13,475 nt of DNA from Nitrososphaerota archaeon (lineage in GTDB: Archaea > Thermoproteota > Nitrososphaeria > Nitrososphaerales > Nitrosopumilaceae). The stretch covers positions 65,311-78,785 of the forward strand of contig NVWC01000003.1 of assembly GCA_002317795.1 (NCBI GenBank). Reading direction: 5' to 3'. This document shows positions 6,696-13,371 of this stretch, in pieces (the first letter of the stretch is position 1; each line of letters opens with the position of its first letter). Below the pieces are notes generated by a model that was not told the DNA's origin, searched no databases, and saw nothing but the letters and a program-made list of their open reading frames with translations. Position numbers and translations under genes: made by a program.

Positions 6696-7132
6696 CTGAC
6701 TTCAAAGATTACATGATTGAACTTCCTCCTATTGATGATACTTGCAAGGATGGAAAATGTGAACATGTCCACAAAGTAAAAGTATCAAACAAACCTCCAC
6801 AACCAAAAATTGAATCAATAACTGCACCTGCACCAACAGTTTCAGAGGAAAAACATGACCATTCTCACGATCTAGAGGTAAATCATAACCAATTAGCAGA
6901 AATAATGCCCGGTGGAACTAACTTTGCCAAATGTGCAGATGGTTCTTGTGGCAATTCAGTGATTCAGAACTCAAAACTTACTAAAAAATTCAAAAAATGT
7001 ACAAACTGCGATTCTAATGCAGTTCCAAAGAAAAATGATTTCTGCCCTACTTGCGGAAACAAGCCCGAAGATGCTGAAGAATGGGATGATTCAGAAATTG
7101 ATTCAGAAAAGATAGGAGAAGATGAAGAATGA
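6692..7132 (+). CDS. Cys/His-rich putative metal-binding protein with acidic tail, 146 aa
   Basis: CKDGKCEHVH, HDHSH, CADGSC, CTNC...CPTCG; D/E-rich C-terminus. Confidence 0.8.
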   Translation: MTDFKDYMIELPPIDDTCKDGKCEHVHKVKVSNKPPQPKIESITAPAPTVSEEKHDHSHDLEVNHNQLAEIMPGGTNFAKCADGSCGNSVIQNSKLTKKFKKCTNCDSNAVPKKNDFCPTCGNKPEDAEEWDDSEIDSEKIGEDEE

Positions 7133-7344
7133 ATGGCAATCCTGACGAAATGATGCAAGAGTTTATTGGAATTCTTAAAAAATCTGCTGAATCTGCAAAT
7201 TCACTTCAAGAAGAACAAATGGCACAACATCAAAAAGATTTGCTAGAGCCAAAGAAAAAATATTATAAAATTGAAGGATTTTTTTCTGCAATCCAAATGC
7301 AAAAACTAGCAGAGTTTCTAAAGGATGAGATTTTCAATGAGTAG
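7129..7344 (+). CDS. Hypothetical protein, 71 aa
   Basis: ATGA overlap, GGAG upstream. Confidence 0.7.
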   Translation: MNGNPDEMMQEFIGILKKSAESANSLQEEQMAQHQKDLLEPKKKYYKIEGFFSAIQMQKLAEFLKDEIFNE

Positions 7345-7882
7345 TGAAGAATTTCCAGAAGCTCCAGAGCCTAAATTAACTCCGGAACAAATGGAGGAAT
7401 CACAAAAAATTAAAGAAAAACTCCAAAAAACAAAAGAAGCTCTAGGAATTACTAGAATGAATGAAGATATGTCTGAACTACGAGCTGAAATTCATTCAGT
7501 TGCAACAAATCTAAACAAACTATGTGATGCTTTAGGATCTGCAAACAATGCAAATCAACAACAAGCTCAATCACAACAACAAACTCAATCAGATGAAATT
7601 CCTCCAGAGCAAAAAATGCTTTTACTAAAAGATGGAATTGCTGGAGTTGCAGATTTAGTTAAAGCTTGGAAGGGAACAACAGCTTCACCACAAATGCAAC
7701 AGCAAAATGATTTTCAATCAATGATTATGCAATCCTTTGCAAAAATGATTCAAGCTAAAGTTGATGAGACAATTTTCTCAACTTATGGAACACAAATTCC
7801 AGTTGACCAACTCCAACAAGTAAGAAATATTCAAAATCAAGCTGCAAACATTGCTCAAGCAACGCCAGCTTTTGAGAAGTAA
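7337..7882 (+). CDS. Gln-rich coiled-coil protein
   Basis: Heptad-like MSELRAEIHSVATNLNKL and Q-rich tracts; ATG 7337 (MSSEEF) preferred, 7325 possible. Confidence 0.75.
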   Translation: MSSEEFPEAPEPKLTPEQMEESQKIKEKLQKTKEALGITRMNEDMSELRAEIHSVATNLNKLCDALGSANNANQQQAQSQQQTQSDEIPPEQKMLLLKDGIAGVADLVKAWKGTTASPQMQQQNDFQSMIMQSFAKMIQAKVDETIFSTYGTQIPVDQLQQVRNIQNQAANIAQATPAFEK

Positions 7883-7921
7883 TGGAACTGAAAAAGAGGT
7901 TAAGGAGAGAAGCGAAACAAG

Positions 7922-8329
7922 ATGCAAAAAGAGCTAGACGAGATATTAAAATCAATAACAGGAAAATCGCTAAATTCCTCATCGGCAAACCTATCAAAAC
8001 CTAAACAATTTGCTATCAAACTCATTGATGCATTTGATTCAATGGCTTCTGCTAACGCAAAAACAAACTTCACTCAATCTGTATGGAAATCAATCAAATG
8101 GTACATGAAAAATAAAATTATTCCACAAAAATCAGATAAAGAAACCATTGCAGATTTGCGAAAAATGAAAGAAACTATTGATCCGTTATTTCGTACACTA
8201 GACAAAGCAGAAGATGCACTTGATGATAGAAAATTAAATTCTACTAATGGAATAAAATCAAAAGCTCAAGTCTTTGTTGAAAGCATTCCAGATGTCAAAG
8301 CAGCTTTGGAGGTTCTAGATGAGATTTGA
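7922..8329 (+). CDS. Helical hypothetical protein, 135 aa
   Basis: GGAG at 7904-7907; TTGA coupling to the next gene; start uncertain because of an overlapping ORF at 7882-8004. Confidence 0.7.
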   Translation: MQKELDEILKSITGKSLNSSSANLSKPKQFAIKLIDAFDSMASANAKTNFTQSVWKSIKWYMKNKIIPQKSDKETIADLRKMKETIDPLFRTLDKAEDALDDRKLNSTNGIKSKAQVFVESIPDVKAALEVLDEI

Positions 8330-8607
8330 ATGTAAGCTGCTCTGATAAAAAATCTGTTTTGGGTTTTACTTGTACAGGATCTGATGAATCACATGTTTGG
8401 AAATTTATCAAAACAAAATTGCTTGATATGTTTCATTGTGGAACTTGTTCGATGCATGCAGAAAAATTATTTAATGGATTACATTCAATGGTTTCTTTAG
8501 GAATTGGAAAACCATTAGAGAAAGAAGAATGGAAAACTAATTTTAGAAATTTTGTTGCAGAAGTTAATCTAGTTTACAATACAGCTTTGAAGGATGGAAG
8601 AATTTGA
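8326..8607 (+). CDS. 93-aa protein with ERV/ALR-like sulfhydryl oxidase motifs (tentative)
   Basis: W25, C38-x2-C41-x2-H44, H53-x2-V56-x4-G-K-P63; GGAGGT upstream, TTGA coupling. The ORF is solid; the function is inferred. Confidence 0.5.
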   Translation: MNVSCSDKKSVLGFTCTGSDESHVWKFIKTKLLDMFHCGTCSMHAEKLFNGLHSMVSLGIGKPLEKEEWKTNFRNFVAEVNLVYNTALKDGRI

Positions 8608-8816
8608 GAGACATTAATTTAGAATTAGGATCTGTTGTACGATGTCCCGAATGTGGAGACAGAATTCCATCTAGTCAAGTAATGATTCAAAGACATTTTG
8701 TAGACAAACACAAAATTGTAGACCAATTAAAAAAGAGAGAGAAAGGATGGAGGTTTCAAGAAGTTAGACAAATTAGAAATCCATTATCATTGAAGAATAT
8801 CTTTGGTCGTGCCTAA
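8604..8816 (+). CDS. C2H2 zinc-finger protein, 70 aa
   Basis: VRCPECG...IQRHFVDKH; TTGA overlap. Confidence 0.75.
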   Translation: MRDINLELGSVVRCPECGDRIPSSQVMIQRHFVDKHKIVDQLKKREKGWRFQEVRQIRNPLSLKNIFGRA

Positions 8817-8823
8817 TTCCAGC

Positions 8824-8845
8824 TAGATATACCCGTGTTACATAG
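8824..8845 (+). promoter_or_regulatory. Putative promoter element of the structural operon, TAGATATACCCGTGTTACATAG
   Basis: 21/22 identical to the reverse complement of 6404-6425; ends 21 nt before ATG 8867. Confidence 0.75.
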
Positions 8846-8866
8846 CTAGAAAGATCTGTTTTCTTT

Positions 8867-8980
8867 ATGGCTACTGCAAAACAACTAGCACAACAGACTC
8901 GATTTAGAAAAGCTGCTAAAGCTTGTAAAGGTAAACCGGGCTATCGTGCATGTTTGAGTAAGCAGCTTAGGAAAAAATAG
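8867..8980 (+). CDS. 37-aa highly basic two-cysteine protein (candidate nucleoprotein); not in ORF track
   Basis: MATAKQLAQQTRFRKAAKACKGKPGYRACLSKQLRKK*; 12 K/R, no D/E; first ATG after the promoter element. Confidence 0.7.
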   Translation: MATAKQLAQQTRFRKAAKACKGKPGYRACLSKQLRKK

Positions 8981-8983
8981 AAA

Positions 8984-9055
8984 ATGAAACGAAAATGCAA
9001 AAACGGTGTTAACAAAAGCACCAAAAAGTGCTTAAAGCACAAGAGGAGCAGATAA
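8984..9055 (+). CDS. 23-aa highly basic two-cysteine peptide; not in ORF track
   Basis: MKRKCKNGVNKSTKKCLKHKRSR*; 11 K/R, no D/E; TAATG coupling to the next gene. Confidence 0.55.
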   Translation: MKRKCKNGVNKSTKKCLKHKRSR

Positions 9056-9423
9056 TGAAAACCATTACTATTCCGGGACAAAAAACTTTACAAAAGTTAT
9101 TGCCACCAGCAAAAGGATATGTACAAAATTCTTTTACTGGAATCGGATTTGGTAGAGGTGTAAGAGCATTAGATACAAAATTTTTGAAAGGCTTCCTACA
9201 AAGAATTGGATTTACTATTCCAGTTGTAAGAGTAAGAGCCGATTCGATTGATTTTGTTAATTTTGCTTTACACAATAGAGGTTTGAATCTGAAAAAAGAA
9301 GGATTCATTGCTGTAGGTGCAGACAAAGGAGTCGACATTATGTTGAACTCTAGTAACTTCAAAATTCCCACAAGTTTTGAGGATACTATCGCACAAGCTA
9401 ATGCATTGGAGGTATTTGAATAA
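9055..9423 (+). CDS. 122-aa putative virion protein upstream of the capsid gene
   Basis: GAGGAG at 9043-9048 supports ATG 9055 (MKTITIPG) over GTG 9028; TAATG coupling at both ends. Confidence 0.65.
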   Translation: MKTITIPGQKTLQKLLPPAKGYVQNSFTGIGFGRGVRALDTKFLKGFLQRIGFTIPVVRVRADSIDFVNFALHNRGLNLKKEGFIAVGADKGVDIMLNSSNFKIPTSFEDTIAQANALEVFE

Positions 9424-10361
9424 TGCCTAAAATGTACAAATTAGTTACAGACTATGATCCCGGAATAGCAGTAGAGACAAAAGAATGGGATCTACCTAGC
9501 GATGATAAGAGAATACTAAAATGTCTTATCCTCGATATTGTAGGACAAAGAAACGGAGTAGCAGACCCAACAAGACAAGTCGTAGCTTCACAGCTCGATG
9601 AAATCAAAGTTGGTGTTGCAGCTAATCCGGAAGTCTCCAGAATCTTAGGTGAGGATTTGTATAACAACAATGTGTTGTTAGGAAATCGACCTATCTTTGA
9701 TGGAGGCGGAGCAGACAATTCAAGAGTTTCTCTTGGAATGGTTTTGCCACTTGACCCATTTATGATGTCACCACAAATCGACTATCATCAACCTTACGGA
9801 ATGCCCGGAGGAATTGCTAGTCAATTATCAGTCAAATTTGATGCAGATGATGCAGCTTTTGACGGTAAAAAATTAACAGTTGGTGTAATCTCTAGTTTGA
9901 TTTCGGATCTAGGAGGATTCTCAAAACTACAAGGGTACATGAGTTATACAAGACACTCTGATACTATGGCAGTTGGAACAGAAAAGAGTTATGCAATCCC
10001 TCAACCGGGTAAACTCTTAGGTGTCCAATTCTTTGAAACAACTTCATTTGCTGACATAATCGCCGATGGTGAATATAGAAGCACACAATCAATTCAAGAA
10101 GCCAGTATTACAAGAGGCGAAAATGTAACTCACGGAGCATTACCTACAACTACATTCGGAATTATGAATGGAGCAGATGTTACAGAGCTAACCGACCAAG
10201 GTTATTCTTTGTGGAATCTGGGTATTCATAACAAAGTTGGAAGTTTAGGCATTCCTGATAAAGGAAGAATCCCATCTAACTTGAAAGTCAAGGTTTTAGG
10301 TGGAGTTGCTGATGCTGTACGAATTGTACCAATAACCCTCAACGATAAGTTAACTGTATAG
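9423..10361 (+). CDS. Probable double jelly-roll major capsid protein, 312 aa
   Basis: Beta-strand-rich with two ~150-aa halves showing parallel motif order; size and position fit DJR capsid proteins; fold inferred by eye. Confidence 0.7.
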   Translation: MPKMYKLVTDYDPGIAVETKEWDLPSDDKRILKCLILDIVGQRNGVADPTRQVVASQLDEIKVGVAANPEVSRILGEDLYNNNVLLGNRPIFDGGGADNSRVSLGMVLPLDPFMMSPQIDYHQPYGMPGGIASQLSVKFDADDAAFDGKKLTVGVISSLISDLGGFSKLQGYMSYTRHSDTMAVGTEKSYAIPQPGKLLGVQFFETTSFADIIADGEYRSTQSIQEASITRGENVTHGALPTTTFGIMNGADVTELTDQGYSLWNLGIHNKVGSLGIPDKGRIPSNLKVKVLGGVADAVRIVPITLNDKLTV

Positions 10362-10366
10362 GAGAT

Positions 10367-10768
10367 TTGAAAAAATTGAATATCGGTCAAACTATCCCCT
10401 TTTCTTTTTTTGATAGCCAAGATGTAACTTTAACAAATTATGCTATTGGTGATGTTGTTTTAGAATCAAGAAAAATTCCGGAAGGATTTACTGGAATTGT
10501 AAAAGATAATGATACTGTTTTTACAACTCCTGGAGGATCTGTTGATTATGTTATTAAAAGAGCCGCTGGAGGTTCTAAAGTATTTCGTAATGCTGTAAGC
10601 TCTGATGATTCAGGTTTTATTAATAAAAATTTGAGAACTGGAGACAGAATCCAAATTATTTTAAATGCTACTGGAGTCGGAGTTTTAGATTTAGTTTGGG
10701 ATGGAATCTTAAAAAAAATTAGTGAAGTAACAGATGAATCAGGTTTTGAAGAGGAGGAAGATTTCTAA
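10367..10768 (+). CDS. Beta-rich putative minor capsid protein (single jelly-roll candidate) with acidic tail
   Basis: Alternating-hydrophobic strands (SVDYVIK, DRIQIILN, VLDLVWDG); directly after the capsid gene; in-frame TTG 10376 is better spaced from GGAG at 10361. Confidence 0.55.
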   Translation: MKKLNIGQTIPFSFFDSQDVTLTNYAIGDVVLESRKIPEGFTGIVKDNDTVFTTPGGSVDYVIKRAAGGSKVFRNAVSSDDSGFINKNLRTGDRIQIILNATGVGVLDLVWDGILKKISEVTDESGFEEEEDF

Positions 10769-11397
10769 TGGGAATTTTATCAATTCCATTCAAAGGAACT
10801 GTTATCAAGGTTGTTCTAGCTGGTGTTGTAATTGGTGGAGCAGTTTATGCAGCTGACAAACTTAATCTTGGAACTAGAGTCTCTGATGGTGCAAATCAAT
10901 TAGGACAAGCTGGAGGAAATGCAATCACTCAACCAATCGCCGGATTAGTTGATTCACTAACTAAAGGAATTAGAGACATTCAATTAAACACTCAAGGACT
11001 TTTTGAAGGATTAGGATCTGCTGGTGCAGATGTTCAAGAAGCTTTTACTGGAAATAGGGATGCTATCAAAGATTTCTTTGATGGAAATGAAAGACAAGAG
11101 TTTAGAGCTTCTGATATATTCGGATCTAGTTTAGAAGAACTCTCAAAAAGTGTAACTGACAATTTTTTATCACAATCAGCTAGAACAAGTGTGAGAGAAA
11201 CTGCAGAAAGTTCTGGAAGCTTTAGCAACTTTTTAACTGACATTGCTAAATCTTTTAATCCAGAAAAAGATACTCCAACAGCCGGATTCTATATTGTCAC
11301 TTTCAGAGATGGTCGAGAAAGTGTTGCTATGCCGTTATCAGCTCAAGCTGTAGAACAATTCAAAGATGCTGGAAATTCTGTTAGAAGGGTTGGTTAA
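10768..11397 (+). CDS. Membrane-anchored putative virion protein, 209 aa
   Basis: N-terminal VIKVVLAGVVIGGAVYAA hydrophobic helix followed by G/A/S-rich amphipathic segments; GAGGAGG upstream, TAATG coupling. Confidence 0.7.
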   Translation: MGILSIPFKGTVIKVVLAGVVIGGAVYAADKLNLGTRVSDGANQLGQAGGNAITQPIAGLVDSLTKGIRDIQLNTQGLFEGLGSAGADVQEAFTGNRDAIKDFFDGNERQEFRASDIFGSSLEELSKSVTDNFLSQSARTSVRETAESSGSFSNFLTDIAKSFNPEKDTPTAGFYIVTFRDGRESVAMPLSAQAVEQFKDAGNSVRRVG

Positions 11398-11399
11398 TC

Positions 11400-12701
11400 A
11401 TGGGACTTTATGCCAGTTCTGGAGTTTTACTAACTCAATCAACTCAACCATCTAATCCCGGAGTCGGTGATTTGTGGTATGATACTGTAAACAAATTACT
11501 CAAAGGATTTGATGGAACTGAATATGTTACTCTGGGCAAAACAAATTTTTCAAATGCTACAATTACAAGTCACTCAGAAACAATCGGGAATTATTCTCAA
11601 CCTAGTAATGCAGTAGTGACAACTCCAGATACAAGTGCAATCTTAGATGATGATTTAACATCAAGTGCCAACTTTACAATTTCTGCTGATAATTGGACTT
11701 ATGATGCAATCAATGACGAAATTGATTTAGCAGCTGGTCAAGGTGGTGTTTATCGTGGGGCAAGATTTGACCCTGTTGGTGCAAATATTTCTACATCAAA
11801 ATGGTTATTGAGATTTAAAATAAGGGTTGATTCGATCACCTCATATTCAAGTGGGAATCATGCCGGTGCAATGTTTTTTGGATTTACTGATAAAATCACA
11901 AGTGTTATGACGGATTTACAGGATGCAGTGGGAATTATTTTTCAGACAAACCCTAACACATGGCGTAACCTCATAAAAGATAACGAGCAAATTAATGGTG
12001 GCACAACCGCATTTGCTCATGCTCCAACAATCGAAACACTCTACATTGAGATTGAAAATAATGCAGGTGCTTTGTCTATGCGTATGTATTCTGATGTTGC
12101 CAGAACAGTATTAATTGAAGAGGAAACAGGTTCTATAGGTTTAGTTACAGGATTAAGATATTTACATTTTCAAGGTTATAGTTACACTCCATTTGTTTCT
12201 GCTAGTGGTGGTTTAAATGGTGCAGTAGATGATGTCCAATTTTGGAATGGAATCAATAAAACTGAAATGCTAGCTGGTTCTGGTAGTGAAGTTTTTGATG
12301 ATAGTACCGGAACAAAATGGAATAGTAATGTAGAAACAAATCCAGCTGTTTACATTGATCTTGGTTCATCAAAAAATATTTTAGGAGTTGCAATTCATCT
12401 TCATGCAGATAATACAGAAACTGAATTTAAAATTAGATGTAGTGCAGATACAAGTTTTTCAGATGCAGAAAATGTTAGAACTATTACAGTTTCAAATTTA
12501 ACAGCTGGAGCTTGGAAGTTCATAAGATTCAATTTGAAATACAAAAGATATTTACAAATTTACGGATCTAGTGGTTCAAGTCTAGTAATGGCAATTAGTG
12601 AAATAAAATATTTGACTATGACTGATAATGATTTGAAAAATGATGAAGGAATCTTGGAGATTTCATCAAGTGATACAAGTATAGGACTAGATGGAGTTTA
12701 A
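11400..12701 (+). CDS. Putative spike/receptor-binding protein with C-terminal F5/8 type C (discoidin/CBM32-like) domain, 433 aa
   Basis: N-terminal QPSNPGVGDLWYDTVNKLLKGFDG fibre-type motif; VFDDSTGTKW...VYIDLG...RYLQI...ISEI discoidin pattern; central beta-sandwich. Confidence 0.75.
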   Translation: MGLYASSGVLLTQSTQPSNPGVGDLWYDTVNKLLKGFDGTEYVTLGKTNFSNATITSHSETIGNYSQPSNAVVTTPDTSAILDDDLTSSANFTISADNWTYDAINDEIDLAAGQGGVYRGARFDPVGANISTSKWLLRFKIRVDSITSYSSGNHAGAMFFGFTDKITSVMTDLQDAVGIIFQTNPNTWRNLIKDNEQINGGTTAFAHAPTIETLYIEIENNAGALSMRMYSDVARTVLIEEETGSIGLVTGLRYLHFQGYSYTPFVSASGGLNGAVDDVQFWNGINKTEMLAGSGSEVFDDSTGTKWNSNVETNPAVYIDLGSSKNILGVAIHLHADNTETEFKIRCSADTSFSDAENVRTITVSNLTAGAWKFIRFNLKYKRYLQIYGSSGSSLVMAISEIKYLTMTDNDLKNDEGILEISSSDTSIGLDGV

Positions 12702-12702
12702 A

Positions 12703-12840
12703 ATGCCTAAAGTAAAACGTCCAGATTTGAAGAAAAAACCTGTAAATGATAAGGAAAGAATTGATAGATTAGAGTTTTTTGTGGCTAAATTATTAAAAAA
12801 TGCAAAAATTATTGATGCTGACAAGGATTCAACGTGGTAA
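12703..12840 (+). CDS. 45-aa protein with short coiled coil; not in ORF track
   Basis: MPKVKRPDLKKKPVNDKERIDRLEFFVAKLLKNAKIIDADKDSTW*; GGAG upstream; 1-nt gaps to both neighbours. Confidence 0.7.
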   Translation: MPKVKRPDLKKKPVNDKERIDRLEFFVAKLLKNAKIIDADKDSTW

Positions 12841-12841
12841 A

Positions 12842-13240
12842 ATGACTATTCTTGATGAATTAAAAGCTCAACTTGTACAGGCTAAAGACAGATTACTCTC
12901 CATTGAAAATCTACACAAATCTATTGGAGCACCAAATGGATCTAGAAGTGTATTAAGAAAATTAGATAAATTGGTCGATGATAGAGGTAATGCCATATTA
13001 TCCATTAGAAATATTGAGAATGACATTAAAGAACAATCTGCAAGACTTGAAGAAAGAGCTGCAACTTCTACTATTGCAGATGATCGGAGTGCTGGTTCTA
13101 TAGCAACAACAAGCTCTTTTCTTAATGGAATCACTGAAAAAATTACTGGACTTGTAAAAAATCCCCTAGCTATTGGAGTTGTTGTTGTTGCAGCTGGTGC
13201 AATTATCTATTCTAAAAAATCACGTACCTCCAAACGCTAA
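12842..13240 (+). CDS. Coiled-coil protein with C-terminal TM anchor, 132 aa
   Basis: ATG 12842 (MTILDELK) preferred over 12800; PLAIGVVVVAAGAIIY followed by basic SKKSRTSKR. Confidence 0.75.
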   Translation: MTILDELKAQLVQAKDRLLSIENLHKSIGAPNGSRSVLRKLDKLVDDRGNAILSIRNIENDIKEQSARLEERAATSTIADDRSAGSIATTSSFLNGITEKITGLVKNPLAIGVVVVAAGAIIYSKKSRTSKR

Positions 13241-13322
13241 CGCGATAAAAAGCAACTTTGATTTACTTTGTACCGTCCCTTTGATTTCTCAATCAGACTT
13301 AATTGATTCTAGTCTAGTAGTG

Positions 13323-13338
13323 TAATGTCCGATTCTAT
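13323..13338 (+). repeat. Putative attR, TAATGTCCGATTCTAT
   Basis: Identical to 1605-1620; lies between the last element gene and purA. Confidence 0.75.
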
Positions 13339-13371
13339 AACTCTAAATAAACGGAATTAAAGTTCTACACT

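Larger units (their letters stand above)
1605..13338. mobile_element. Integrated provirus, probably double jelly-roll type; predicted excised circle 11,718 bp
   Basis: Terminal 16-bp direct repeats, tyrosine integrase at one end, dense overlapping small ORFs, capsid-like and spike-like genes, housekeeping genes on both flanks. Confidence 0.85.

Noticed and set aside
7922-8329. SITGKS as a Walker A motif of a packaging ATPase
   Set aside because: No G-x4-GK[ST] spacing, no preceding beta strand or Walker B, and the protein is too short.
8326-8607. c-type heme-binding motif
   Set aside because: The sequence is CGTCSMH (C-x2-C-x2-H), not CxxCH.
546-13134. Track ORFs 546-767, 1150-1398, 2724-3041, 5764-5967, 5936-6172, 6964-7158, 7755-7997, 9009-9371, 9452-9718, 10226-10420, 11034-11243 and 12868-13134
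   Set aside because: Antisense shadows of better-supported genes, with F/S/L/I-skewed composition and no coupling or motifs.
13237-13338. Minus-strand gene restored across att on circularisation (fragment QLSLIEKSKGRYKVNQSCFLSR*)
   Set aside because: An in-frame TAG lies just upstream of the fragment inside the element, so joining the ends does not create a longer ORF.
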